Shown piece after piece: positions 7,845 through 17,655 of a DNA stretch of 51,656 nt. This DNA is from Acidobacteriota bacterium (GTDB lineage Bacteria; Acidobacteriota; Thermoanaerobaculia; Multivoradales; UBA5704), in the NCBI GenBank assembly GCA_040005235.1, contig JBDTZG010000039.1, positions 1 to 51,656 on the forward strand, read 5' to 3'. The notes beneath the pieces are model-generated. The model saw nothing but the letters and a program-made list of their open reading frames with translations, made no database searches and was not told the origin of the DNA. A program made the translations under genes and the position numbers. Every line of letters begins with the position of its first letter. The first letter of the stretch is position 1.

Positions 7845-9560
7845 TTGGATACCCGCCGCCTGATCGTTGCCGCCGCATTGTCGTTCGGCTTTCTAGTCCT
7901 TTGGCATTACTTCTTTCCGGCGGAAACGCCGGTTACCGCCCGCCCGATCCCGGCCGTTACGGAGCCTGCTCGACCGACGGCCGGCGTGCCGGTACCCCAG
8001 GCGACCGGTGCGCCCGAGCCGGGTGCCGCAGCGGTCGTGGCACCGGCGCCGATTCACGAAGCGGTTCAGGCCGCGGCCGCCGAGTCCGTGGTGATCGAGA
8101 CGAAGGACGCCCGGGTCGAGCTCAGCAATCGCGGCGGGGAGATTCGTTCCTACGCTCTCAAGAAGCAAGTCGATCCGACGGGCAAGCCCCTGGAGCTGGT
8201 GCGTAGCCGCAAGAGCGGCCCCTATCCTTTTGCGATCGTCGATGCCTCCGGGCAGGCGATCCCGCTTGGGAATGCGCTGTTTCATAGCGAGCGATCGCCG
8301 GACGGCAAGGGGGTGACGTTCGAATACGGCGACGGCAAGGTGTGGGCGCGGAAAGCGTTCAGCTTTCGACCCGACGGCCTGTTCGACTTCGATGTCGAAG
8401 TCGAAGGGCTAAAAGGGTGGGCGGTGGCCGTAGGACCGGGAATGCGGAACCTTACGGCCGACGAGCTGGGCAGCCGCTTCGAACGACGCGAGGGCCTGTA
8501 TCTCTCCGGGGGATCGGTGGAGGTGTTGGACCCCCAGAAGGTGAAAGACGTCAAAGAGGTCTCCGCTTCAGGGCTCGGCTGGGTCGCCCTCGACGACACC
8601 TACTTCCTCGCCGCGGTCGTCCCCTTCGAAGGTTTTCAAAAGGCGGTCTTCCAGCCCGTTCTGCTGACCCCCGGGCCGGACGGCCTAGCGGCGTTGCCGG
8701 TGCCGGCGGAATTGACCGGCGATCAGAAGAAGCTCAAGAGGGACTTCTGGGTTTTCCTTTATCCCTCGGGCGACCACATGAAGCTCGGCTCCTATTGGGG
8801 TTCCAAGGAGCGGAAGCAGTTGGCGTCTCTTCCTCACGATCTCGGCAAAGCGCTCCGCCTGGGAATGTTCTCGTTTCTCGCGCAGCCTCTGCTCTCGGCG
8901 CTCCATTGGATTTACGACCACGTGGTGCCCAACTATGGCTGGGCGATCATCCTGCTGACGGCGTTGATCAAGGTCGTGCTTCTGCCGCTCACCCATAGCT
9001 CGACGAAATCGATGCGCAAGATGCAGCAGCTGAACCCGAAACTGCAGGCCCTGCGCGAGCGGTATCGGTCGAAGCTGCGCGACAAGAACGGCCGGCCGAA
9101 CCTTGAGATGCAGCGCAAGATGAACGAAGAGATGATGGCAATCTACAAGGCGGAGGGGGTTCAGCCGACCGGCGGCTGCCTTCCGATGATCCTGCAGATG
9201 CCGATTTTCTTCGCCTTCTACAGCGTGCTGTATTCGGCGGTCGAGTTGCGCAACGCCCCCTGGATTTTCTGGATTCACGACCTGTCGGCAAAGGATTCGT
9301 TCTACATCCTGCCGTTGGTCATGGGGGCGACCCAATTTCTTCAGGTGCGGATGACCCCGAGCGTCGGCGACCCGATGCAACGCCGGCTGTTTCAGTTGAT
9401 GCCGGTGGTGATGACCTTCCTGTTTCTCGGCTTTCCGAGCGGCCTGGTCCTCTACTGGCTGACCAACAACGTCTTGACGATTGCCCAGCAGGCGGTTTAC
9501 AACCGATGGATTCTGCCGACCACGCCGGCCGGCAGCACTCTCCCGGCAAAAGCGAAATGA
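7845..9560 (+). CDS. yidC: Membrane protein insertase YidC
   Basis: NYGWAIILLT, GGCLPMILQMPIF, WIHDLS, PSGLVLYW. Confidence 0.97.
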   Translation: MDTRRLIVAAALSFGFLVLWHYFFPAETPVTARPIPAVTEPARPTAGVPVPQATGAPEPGAAAVVAPAPIHEAVQAAAAESVVIETKDARVELSNRGGEIRSYALKKQVDPTGKPLELVRSRKSGPYPFAIVDASGQAIPLGNALFHSERSPDGKGVTFEYGDGKVWARKAFSFRPDGLFDFDVEVEGLKGWAVAVGPGMRNLTADELGSRFERREGLYLSGGSVEVLDPQKVKDVKEVSASGLGWVALDDTYFLAAVVPFEGFQKAVFQPVLLTPGPDGLAALPVPAELTGDQKKLKRDFWVFLYPSGDHMKLGSYWGSKERKQLASLPHDLGKALRLGMFSFLAQPLLSALHWIYDHVVPNYGWAIILLTALIKVVLLPLTHSSTKSMRKMQQLNPKLQALRERYRSKLRDKNGRPNLEMQRKMNEEMMAIYKAEGVQPTGGCLPMILQMPIFFAFYSVLYSAVELRNAPWIFWIHDLSAKDSFYILPLVMGATQFLQVRMTPSVGDPMQRRLFQLMPVVMTFLFLGFPSGLVLYWLTNNVLTIAQQAVYNRWILPTTPAGSTLPAKAK

Positions 9561-10522
9561 GCGAAGACAAGCGAAAGTTCTTTTCGGCCGATAGCCTCGA
9601 ACGGGCGGTTCTGCAGGCCGCGAGCCACTTTGGGATCGATCCTGATCGGGTTGCGTATGAGAAGGTCGAGAAGAAGGGCATGACCCGAAGCGGGCGGAAG
9701 TTCTTGATCGAGGTCGACGTGACGCGCCCGGAAAGGGAGGCGGGAGTGCCGCAGCCAGCGCCCGGCCTCGCCCCAGCGGTGAGCCGGCCCGCGCCGGTGG
9801 GCGGCCGGCCGCGGGAAGAGCGGCCGGCGGCGGCCGGACGGAGCGATGCACGACGCCCCGGGCCGCGAGGTCGGGAGGATCGGGGTGGCAGTCACGGCGG
9901 TCGAGGTGACCGCGGTGGGCGTGGCGACAGCGGGGGGCGCGGTGATCGCGGGGCGCGCGACGGGCGCCGCCGCGAAGAGGATGCCCGGCGACCGAAGATC
10001 GAGTCGGTGGCGACCGAGCTGGTGCCGCTGCTGGAGGTTCCGCGTCAGATTTCGGAGCGCTTTCCGGCGGCGGAAGGATTGGCCGCGACGACGGCGCGCG
10101 AGGAAGCGGCGCGCCTTCTCTCGATTGCCGGCGCGCGACTGGACGCGAACGTCTTTCAAGGTGACGGCGAGCTGCTCGTCGACCTCGCTGGGCCGGATGC
10201 GGACATCTGCTTCAGGGACTCGGGCGAGCTGCTCCATTCGCTTGAGCACCTGTTGCCGCGGCTGATCCGCAGCCGTACGGGTGAGGCGGTCGCTTGCCGA
10301 GTGGATTGCGACAACTTCCACGAAATTCGCGAGGAGCAGCTGCGTAGCCTGGCCCAGCGCGTCGCTGCGGAAGTGGTTCGAGGGGGGGCGCCGAAGATCC
10401 TCGAGCCGATGAACCCTGCCGATCGTCGTGCTGTGCATATGGCGCTCGCGGATGACGCTACGGTGATGACCGAGAGCGAAGGTGACGGCTATTTCAAGCG
10501 CGTGGTGGTGCGCGGGGTTTAA
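9557..10522 (+). CDS. jag: Jag/EloR (KhpB) RNA-binding protein with Jag_N, KH and R3H domains
   Basis: Follows yidC; R3H-like PMNPADRRAVH...SEGDGYFKRVVV. Confidence 0.88.
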   Translation: MSEDKRKFFSADSLERAVLQAASHFGIDPDRVAYEKVEKKGMTRSGRKFLIEVDVTRPEREAGVPQPAPGLAPAVSRPAPVGGRPREERPAAAGRSDARRPGPRGREDRGGSHGGRGDRGGRGDSGGRGDRGARDGRRREEDARRPKIESVATELVPLLEVPRQISERFPAAEGLAATTAREEAARLLSIAGARLDANVFQGDGELLVDLAGPDADICFRDSGELLHSLEHLLPRLIRSRTGEAVACRVDCDNFHEIREEQLRSLAQRVAAEVVRGGAPKILEPMNPADRRAVHMALADDATVMTESEGDGYFKRVVVRGV

Positions 10523-10568
10523 GTCGTTTCACATTGGGGAAGTCTTTCGTGTAGCGCCCCAACGCTCA

Positions 10569-10584
10569 TGTTTCACGTGAAACG
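10569..10584. promoter_or_regulatory. parS: parS site
   Basis: TGTTTCACGTGAAACG, 15/16 match to the canonical palindrome. Confidence 0.9.
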
Positions 10585-10639
10585 TGCCGTTCTTACCCTT
10601 TGAACCGGCCACGTGCGAATCGCGACCTGCCGGCTCTCG

Positions 10640-10655
10640 TGTTTCACGTGAAACA
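10640..10655. promoter_or_regulatory. parS: parS site
   Basis: Perfect TGTTTCACGTGAAACA upstream of rsmG-parA-parB. Confidence 0.95.
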
Positions 10656-10697
10656 TACCGTCCTTGCCTCCCGACAGGCCACGTCCTACCATCAGGC

Positions 10698-11336
10698 GTG
10701 GCGTTCAACCTTCCCCAAATCTCCCTTCCGGAGCTCTCCGATCGGCTCTCTTCGCTTTCTCCGGAACCGCTTTCGGGGCAGGCTGTTCTCGTGCTCCACG
10801 CGCACTACGAGGAGCTTCGCCGCTGGAACCGTGCGCTCTCGTTGATCGGTCCCGGCACGTCCTCGGAGATTTTCGCCCGCCATTACGGCGAATCCCTGGC
10901 GGCGCTCCCGTTGATTCCTTTGGATGCCGGGACGGCGGTTGATCTTGGGTCCGGTGCGGGTTTTCCCGGGTTTCCGATCGCAGCGGCACGGCGCAACCTC
11001 CAAATGGTTCTCATTGAAGCGCGGGAGAAGAAGGCAAGCTTCCTTCTTGCGGCTGCGCGTCGCGCGGCGTTGCCGCTGCGATGTCTGGATGTTAAAGTCT
11101 CGGCTCCCTTGCCCGCGTCCTTTCCGGAATCGCCGGCTCTGATCACCGTTCGGGCGCTGAGGCTTCCTCCCGACCTTCTTGCAGACTTGGGCCGGCGACT
11201 GGACCCCAAAGGGAAAATTCTGATGTGGGCAGGCGCGGAAACGCCTTCTCCCCCCGCGGGGTTGGTCATCGCCAGGCAAATTCCTCTAGCGGGCAGCGAA
11301 AGGCGGCGGATCGTGGAGTTGGTTCGCGCGAGTTAA
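10698..11336 (+). CDS. rsmG: 16S rRNA m7G527 methyltransferase RsmG (GidB)
   Basis: WNRALSLI, RHYGES, DLGSGAGFPG, LIEAREKK. Confidence 0.92.
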   Translation: MAFNLPQISLPELSDRLSSLSPEPLSGQAVLVLHAHYEELRRWNRALSLIGPGTSSEIFARHYGESLAALPLIPLDAGTAVDLGSGAGFPGFPIAAARRNLQMVLIEAREKKASFLLAAARRAALPLRCLDVKVSAPLPASFPESPALITVRALRLPPDLLADLGRRLDPKGKILMWAGAETPSPPAGLVIARQIPLAGSERRRIVELVRAS

Positions 11337-11398
11337 TTCAGGTTCAACCCCATTGTCGAGCCCTCCCCGGGGCCTCCTCAGGAGAAAGTCGCCACAAC

Positions 11399-12166
11399 AT
11401 GGCCTCGACCAAAGCGCGGATTCTCGCGATCGCAAATCAAAAAGGGGGCGTGGGCAAGACGACCACCGCGATCAACCTCGGCGCGGCATTGGGAGCGCTC
11501 GAAAAGCGCGTCCTTCTGGTCGATAGCGATCCCCAAGGAAACGCCTCGCGCGGTGTCGGCTCGAACGCCTCGGCGCCTCACCTTTACCACGCCCTGATCG
11601 GCGAGGCTCCGCTCTCCGAAGTGATACGCCCCTCGGGTTTTCCCAACCTCGACCTGGCGCCTGCCCAGCGGGATCTCGTCGGCCTCGAAGTGGAGCTGGT
11701 GGGCGAACCGGGCTGGGAGCACCGCTTGCTGGAAATGCTCACCGGCGTCTCCGACCGCTACGACCTCATCCTGATCGACTGCCCGCCGTCGCTCGGCCAC
11801 CTCACCGTCATGGCGCTTTCCGCGGCCGACGGACTGCTCGTTCCTCTCCAATGCGAATACTTCGCCCTAGAAGGCATCAGCGAGCTGGTCGCGACCGTCG
11901 AGCGGATCCGCGAGGGCCTGAATCCGCGGCTCGACATTGCCGGCATCGTCCTTACTATGTTCGACGATCGGATGAACCTTTCGCGCGACGTGGCGGACGA
12001 GGTTCGTCGCCACTTTGCAGGAAAGGTGTTCGAAAGCGTGGTGCCCCGCAACGTACGGCTCGCCGAGGCGCCGAGCCACGGCATGCCGATCTTTCAATAC
12101 GACATCAAGTCGCGCGGCGCGGACGCCTACCTCGCCCTCGCCCGCGAATTTCTCCGGAGAAACTAA
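11399..12166 (+). CDS. parA: ParA/Soj ATPase
   Basis: NQKGGVGKTTT, DPQGN, DCPPSLG, PLQCEYFALEG. Confidence 0.97.
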   Translation: MASTKARILAIANQKGGVGKTTTAINLGAALGALEKRVLLVDSDPQGNASRGVGSNASAPHLYHALIGEAPLSEVIRPSGFPNLDLAPAQRDLVGLEVELVGEPGWEHRLLEMLTGVSDRYDLILIDCPPSLGHLTVMALSAADGLLVPLQCEYFALEGISELVATVERIREGLNPRLDIAGIVLTMFDDRMNLSRDVADEVRRHFAGKVFESVVPRNVRLAEAPSHGMPIFQYDIKSRGADAYLALAREFLRRN

Positions 12167-13084
12167 GTGAGCGTGCGCAAGAAAGGCGGCCTCGGCCGCG
12201 GGTTGGGGGCCTTGATTCAGGAGAAAACCGAAAAGGCGGGAGATCCGGCGCCGGCTGAGGCTAGCGAGGCTGCGGCCGGAGTCCCGGCGCTTCCGACGGT
12301 GCTACCGATCGATCTGCTCCAGCCCAATCGTCTCCAGCCCCGCGTTCGCTTCGACGACGACAAGCTCGAAGAGCTTGCCGATTCGATTCGGACCCAAGGG
12401 ATCATCCAGCCTTTGGTGGTCGCGGCGACAGGCGAAGGAAGGTTTTTGATCGTGGCCGGCGAACGGCGCTGGCGGGCCGCACGGCGCGCCGGTCTCACCG
12501 AAGTTCCCGTCGTCATTCGGGAGGTGAGCGGCGATCGCCACCTACTGGAGCTGGCATTGGTCGAAAACCTCCAGCGTTCGGACTTGAATCCGATCGAAGA
12601 GGCGGAAGCGCTGCTAGCCCTTCAGGGTTTCGGTTTGCAGCATGAGGAGATCGCAGCCCGCGTCGGAAAAAGCCGCTCCGCGGTCTCTAACTCCTTACGG
12701 CTCTTAAAGTTACCCGACGACGTCCGCGATCTCATGCGGAGCGGAGCGCTCACGGCCGGACAGGCGAGGCCTTTGCTTGGCCTGGCGTCGGAGGAGGCGC
12801 AGATCGCCCTGGCTGAGCGCGCCGTCTCCGAGAATCTCTCGGCGCGCGATCTTGAACGCATTACCGCGGAACCCGAGAAGGAACGACCGCCGGCGCCGTC
12901 GCGGGTGAAACCGCCGGTCGACGGCAACACGGCCGCTGCCCTGGAGAGCCTCACCCGAAAGCTGCAAACGCGCATCGAGATCCGCCGACGGGGCAAGGGA
13001 GGCCAACTGCAGGTGCACTTTCATTCCGAGGATGAGCTGATTCGGCTCTACGATCTCCTCATGGGCCGCGCGGAGGAGTCATGA
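12167..13084 (+). CDS. parB: ParB/Spo0J
   Basis: LGRGLGAL, QPR, AGERRWRA, ENLQRSDL, HTH GKSRSAVSNSLRLL. Confidence 0.97.
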   Translation: MSVRKKGGLGRGLGALIQEKTEKAGDPAPAEASEAAAGVPALPTVLPIDLLQPNRLQPRVRFDDDKLEELADSIRTQGIIQPLVVAATGEGRFLIVAGERRWRAARRAGLTEVPVVIREVSGDRHLLELALVENLQRSDLNPIEEAEALLALQGFGLQHEEIAARVGKSRSAVSNSLRLLKLPDDVRDLMRSGALTAGQARPLLGLASEEAQIALAERAVSENLSARDLERITAEPEKERPPAPSRVKPPVDGNTAAALESLTRKLQTRIEIRRRGKGGQLQVHFHSEDELIRLYDLLMGRAEES

Positions 13085-13503
13085 TCTTCAAGAACGACGG
13101 GAAACAGAGCGACCTGAACGGTTTTCTCGATACAGGAAGCCACATTAACGGCGAGCTCCGGTTTGAAACGACCTTCCGGGTCGACGGCAAGCTCACCGGA
13201 ATCGTCCGCTCGGGCGGAGACCTGGTGGTCGGAGAAGGCGGGGAGGTCGAAGGGGAGATCGAGGTCGGCCAGGTCTTCGTCTCCGGCGTGGTCCGGGGCA
13301 CGATCCGGGCGGCACGCCGGGTTCAGATCACCCCCACCGGCAAGGTGTTCGCCGACCTTGAAACTCCCGCCCTGATCGTCGAAGACGGCGCCCTGTTCGA
13401 AGGCCGGTGCGCCATGGCTCCGGCGGCTCCGGCATCAGGGACCACTCTTTCTGCCCAGCGCAAAGAAACGGCCAAGTCCGGCGGCCCGGCCAAGCCGGAA
13501 TGA
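13081..13503 (+). CDS. Bactofilin (polymer-forming cytoskeletal protein)
   Basis: GSHINGELRF...RVDGKLTG...LIVEDGALFEGRC beta-helix pattern. Confidence 0.9.
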   Translation: MIFKNDGKQSDLNGFLDTGSHINGELRFETTFRVDGKLTGIVRSGGDLVVGEGGEVEGEIEVGQVFVSGVVRGTIRAARRVQITPTGKVFADLETPALIVEDGALFEGRCAMAPAAPASGTTLSAQRKETAKSGGPAKPE

Positions 13504-13526
13504 GCCGAATCCTTAGGTGGTGCTAA

Positions 13527-15290
13527 TCACCGGGCGGCGGGCGGCGCTTGGGGCGAAAGCGGCTCGTACGAAGGGAAAAACGACAGGGGCCGCCGGCCGA
13601 GAAACGAAGCCTCGAACGCCCCGGTGAGCACGCGTCCGTCGAGATCGCGAGCCACCGGGAGCCCGAGCGCGTAAAGCAGCGTCGGCGCCACGTCGACCAG
13701 CCGGGGATCGGCGATCAGCGCCCCGGCGCGAATGCCTGGACCGGCCAGGATGAAAACCCCGTCCGGTGCCCCTTCAAAGGTCCCTCCGAGCGAGCCGCCC
13801 CCTTGTACCCGCTCCCACCACCCGATCGGCGCAGCGCCCTGAGCGGAGACGATCGCCACCAAGGTCTCGGCTCGGTCCGCGAGCAGCCGGCCGAGGAACC
13901 GATCGAGATGCTCGTAATACTCGGCCAGGCGACGGTCCGCCTCCTGCGCTCCTGCGCTCGCGGCGCCGCCGAATTGAGCGGCATAAAAACCGCCGAAGCT
14001 TTCCGCCGAGATCGTCGCGAGGCCCGGGAGCACCACGAAGGAAAGACTCGGCGGCGCCGTCCTTGAGCTTTCCCTAGGGAGAGCCAGTGCGACTTCCTCT
14101 CGCCAGAGATCTCCCGCCAGGGCCTCCTTGGAGTCTCTGGAGGGGCGCGGGCCAAGAATCTTGAGGGTCTCCGGGTCGAGATCCGTGGGCCGGACCTCAA
14201 GGCTCTTCGCGAGCCGGCCCAAAGCCGCCGGCTCCGCTTCGGAGAGTCCTCTCGGCGAACGAAAAAAGCGCTCCGAAACCGCGGCGCCGCCGCCCGTCGG
14301 CGGCCAGGTCGAAGGCCACGACAGCGACGCGGAGGAGAGTCCCAAGCGGGAAAAGATCTCCCACAATCCCAGGGCTCTACGCCGCGGCTCGCCGGGGGTG
14401 GGATCCGGTCCGAGCAGGCCCCAAAGCCGAAAACCGATACCGCGCGGCAGCAGGTTCAACTCGGCTCCCGGTACCGCGAAGCCCCCGGAGTGATCAATTT
14501 CACCGGTGATGCCGCTCTTCCAGGGATACTTTCCCGTCGCGAGGGTCGCCCAGAGCGCCGGTCGCCGGTTGGGACCGAGCGTTTCGAGCCGTCCATAGGC
14601 TCCTTCGCGAAGCAGCGCCGAGAACGCCGGAAGCCGGCCCTGGCCGGCGAGCGGCAGGATTGCGTCGAGCGTCGCGCTGTCGATCCCGACGACCCAAAGA
14701 TGGTGCCGCTCCGAGCGCTCGATCGCCGGAGGACCGGCGTTCGCCTCGGAAGGCGGCCGGAAGGCCTCTCGGCGCTCGACCGCCGCGAAGATCGAAAGGA
14801 AAGCGAGCAGCCCCAAGGCGCAACGGCTGCGCCAGCCGTACGCCCTCCTGTCCAGCGTATGGAGCAGGGCGGTATAAAATGCGATCAGCCCGCCGAGCGC
14901 GAGCCAAAGAGCCGTCTTCAGCAGCCGGACATTGATGCCAGGAGGCAAGAAGTAAGCGTAAAACGAGGCGTGAGCGGCATCCAGGATCGCTCCGAGGAAA
15001 AGCGCCAGGGTAAGTGTCCAGGGCAACCAACGAGCCGAGCGTTCCGGTCGCTGCCACAGCCAGGGCGTCTGAAGCGCGGAGCCCAAGGCGCCGAGCAGCG
15101 CGCCATAAAGAAGCACTGCCCTGCCGAACCCTAAGGGGGTGAAGGCGACGCGCGGGTTGAGGAAAAACAACAACCCTGCGACGTGGCCGCCGAGCAGGAG
15201 CCCCGGCAGCAGAGAGATGCCGAGCGCGCGCACCAAGGCCGGGCTTAGTCGCGTCCCTGCGGCCGAGCCCTGGCCGGACTCCCCAACCAA
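13527..15290 (-). CDS. Membrane-anchored alkaline phosphatase/nucleotide pyrophosphatase superfamily protein, probably inactive
   Basis: N-terminal TMs, VVGIDSAT, WATLATG, DVAPTLLYALG...DLDG. Confidence 0.75.
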   Translation of the reverse strand: MVGESGQGSAAGTRLSPALVRALGISLLPGLLLGGHVAGLLFFLNPRVAFTPLGFGRAVLLYGALLGALGSALQTPWLWQRPERSARWLPWTLTLALFLGAILDAAHASFYAYFLPPGINVRLLKTALWLALGGLIAFYTALLHTLDRRAYGWRSRCALGLLAFLSIFAAVERREAFRPPSEANAGPPAIERSERHHLWVVGIDSATLDAILPLAGQGRLPAFSALLREGAYGRLETLGPNRRPALWATLATGKYPWKSGITGEIDHSGGFAVPGAELNLLPRGIGFRLWGLLGPDPTPGEPRRRALGLWEIFSRLGLSSASLSWPSTWPPTGGGAAVSERFFRSPRGLSEAEPAALGRLAKSLEVRPTDLDPETLKILGPRPSRDSKEALAGDLWREEVALALPRESSRTAPPSLSFVVLPGLATISAESFGGFYAAQFGGAASAGAQEADRRLAEYYEHLDRFLGRLLADRAETLVAIVSAQGAAPIGWWERVQGGGSLGGTFEGAPDGVFILAGPGIRAGALIADPRLVDVAPTLLYALGLPVARDLDGRVLTGAFEASFLGRRPLSFFPSYEPLSPQAPPAAR

Positions 15291-15291
15291 C

Positions 15292-15660
15292 CTAGAAGAT
15301 GAAGATGGGACGATCGACCTCGTGGTGGAATTTCCACACGTAGGTTTTAAACGGGAACTCGATCGGAATCTGGTAGTCGGCTTTCATCCGGATCCGATCC
15401 CCGATGCGCTCGACGGTGACTTGATCCTTGTCCAAGGCGATTCCCAGCTGTTGGGCTTTGATGAGAATCTGTTTCTTCAGCTCTTCGTCCGGAGTCTGGG
15501 CGGCAAACTTCGCCTGCTCTTCCATGAAGTCGTACATCTCCGAGCTGTTGAGCTTCACGGGAATCGTTTTCCAGGCGAAGAGCGCCACCACCGCCAACAG
15601 CACGGCCCAGAGGATGCAGCCTAGATTTCCTTCGCCTCGCTGGCCTCTTCGTCGACGCAT
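15292..15660 (-). CDS. DUF4845-like small membrane protein downstream of lepB
   Basis: QRGEGNLGCIL plus TM helix; lepB-linked position. Confidence 0.65.
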   Translation of the reverse strand: MRRRRGQRGEGNLGCILWAVLLAVVALFAWKTIPVKLNSSEMYDFMEEQAKFAAQTPDEELKKQILIKAQQLGIALDKDQVTVERIGDRIRMKADYQIPIEFPFKTYVWKFHHEVDRPIFIF

Positions 15661-15771
15661 CCGAGCCTCCCTAAAGCCCTAAGTTCGATCCCCGACCTCG
15701 CCGGTCACGTTCTGTTGGTAGGAAGCATAGTCTAGCAGCCCCTCGTCCTTTCGCCAGCACCGTGGACTCGA

Positions 15772-16464
15772 TCAACGGACCCATCCGAAGGACCGGCTCC
15801 AGCGGGTAGCCCGAACCAGGCGTCCGAGCGACCGCAAGCTCCTGTCGAGCCAACCGCGCGGCTCCACGCCGAGATCCGGGTCGTCGACCGCCACCGACCA
15901 ATAGATCAGCAGGGCCCGTCCCTTGACCAGCTCGTCGGGCACCGTTCCCCAGTATCTTGAGTCTTGCGAGTTATCCCGGTTGTCGCCCAAGCAGAAGCTG
16001 TTGCCGGGCGGAACCCTCAAGGGACCGAAATTATCTCGCGGCCGCACCTCGTACAGCCCGACCGGATCGGACCGCGGATCGTCCCCGAAATGATAGGTGT
16101 ACGAGTGGTCGAGGACCGGCTTCTCGTTGAGCACCAGCTCGCGGTGGACGATCTCCACCAAGTCGCCGCCGACCCCGACACATCGCTTGATGAAGTCTTG
16201 AGAGGGATCTCTTGGGTAGCGGAAGACCACCACGTCGCCCCGCTCGATCGGGCGGAGCGGCAAAAGGCGCTTCTCGAAGTCGAAGTGCGCCGGTCCGAAA
16301 ATGAATTTGTTGACCAGGATGTGATCGCCGACCAGGAGATTCTTCTCCATCGAGCCGGTCGGAATCTCAAAGGCCTGAAAAAGGAAGGTCCGGGCGAACG
16401 TCGCGAAGATGAACGCGACCAGCAAAGCCTCCAGATACTCCCGCCCCGTGCTTCTCGCGGCCAT
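15772..16464 (-). CDS. lepB: Signal peptidase I
   Basis: IPTGSME, FIKR, GDNRDNSQDSRYWG. Confidence 0.95.
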   Translation of the reverse strand: MAARSTGREYLEALLVAFIFATFARTFLFQAFEIPTGSMEKNLLVGDHILVNKFIFGPAHFDFEKRLLPLRPIERGDVVVFRYPRDPSQDFIKRCVGVGGDLVEIVHRELVLNEKPVLDHSYTYHFGDDPRSDPVGLYEVRPRDNFGPLRVPPGNSFCLGDNRDNSQDSRYWGTVPDELVKGRALLIYWSVAVDDPDLGVEPRGWLDRSLRSLGRLVRATRWSRSFGWVR

Positions 16465-16476
16465 CGCCGAAACTCA

Positions 16477-17223
16477 CTAGCGGGGGGTGAGGAAGGAGCG
16501 GCTCCAGCGCGTGCGACCGAAGAATCCGATGGCGGTATCGGCGATCTGTCGCAGCTTGGCTCCCCAACCGGGCCAATGACCGTCGGAGGTCTCGCCGCCG
16601 TAGGACCAATAGATCGTCGACGCGCGGCCTTTGACCATGTGGGCGGGCAGCGTGCCCCAGAATCGGGAGTCGAAGGAGCGATCGCGATTGTCGCCCATGC
16701 AGAAGTAGTTTCCCGCCGGCACGGTGAAAGGTCCAAAGTTGTCGCGGATCCGTCCTTCGCTGTCGAAGTAGGGCTGGTCCTGGTAGAGATTCGGGTCCGT
16801 GTGGATCGCGTAGCCCGCATCCTCGACCTTCTTGTCGTTGATGTAGAGCTGCTTGTCCCGCACGTCGATCGTGTCGCCCGGCAGGCCGATGCAGCGCTTC
16901 ACCAGGTCGAGCTTCGGGTCCTGCGGCGACCGGAAGACGACAATGTCGCCGCGGTGGATCAACCGTCCGGGCAGGAGCTTGCCGAGGCCCGGCGTATCCG
17001 GCCCGAAGATGAACCGGTTGACGAACAGGTGGTCGCCGACCAACAGCGTGTTCTCCATAGAACCGCTCGGAATGTAGAAGGTCTGGACGACGAAGGTGTT
17101 GGCGAAGCGTAGAAAGATCGCGGCGATCACGAACGCCTCGGCATATTCGCGGAACAGGGACTTCGGGGGATTTTTGTCCGCCGGACTGCGCAGCACTTCC
17201 TCAAGTTTCGGGCTCTTCGACAT
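16477..17223 (-). CDS. lepB: Signal peptidase I (second paralog)
   Basis: IPSGSME, LVKR, GDNRDRSFDSRFWG. Confidence 0.95.
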   Translation of the reverse strand: MSKSPKLEEVLRSPADKNPPKSLFREYAEAFVIAAIFLRFANTFVVQTFYIPSGSMENTLLVGDHLFVNRFIFGPDTPGLGKLLPGRLIHRGDIVVFRSPQDPKLDLVKRCIGLPGDTIDVRDKQLYINDKKVEDAGYAIHTDPNLYQDQPYFDSEGRIRDNFGPFTVPAGNYFCMGDNRDRSFDSRFWGTLPAHMVKGRASTIYWSYGGETSDGHWPGWGAKLRQIADTAIGFFGRTRWSRSFLTPR

Positions 17224-17460
17224 GGCGGCCTAATCTACTCGAAAGGCCCCTTTCCGGCTACCGATCGACTCTACCTGCCCGACCCCCGCAAAAAATTGTG
17301 CGCTCGTCAAGTTCTTTTGCACCCCCCTTTTTCGCCAGCGGGGAGCGCCCGATCCCTTCCCTTGCCCGACAAGCTGACTGGACGCCAAGGCCCTCCTGGC
17401 GTGTCGGCAAAAACCCATCAAACCGTTTATTTGTCGTTGTTTGCGTCATTCCAAGAGGGC

Positions 17461-17476
17461 TGGCAGCCGCTTTGAT
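17461..17476 (+). promoter_or_regulatory. Putative sigma54 (-24/-12) promoter for comEA-fimT
   Basis: TGGCAGCCGCTTTGAT (GG-N10-GA variant), IHF-like CATCAAACCGTTT at 17416-17428, upstream TGTC/GACA inverted repeats. Confidence 0.45.
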
Positions 17477-17655
17477 CTACATCCCTCCCGAACTTGAACC
17501 GGAGGGGAGGTGGAGCGAGCCGCTTAAGGGAGACAAAAAACCGCCAGCGAAGGGCCGAGAGGGGCGCTTCAACCGCCCCCTCGAGCGAACCCACCCTCCT
17601 AAACCCGTTTTCCCACCCACCCACATCAAAACCAAATCAACCAAGGAGCAGACCC

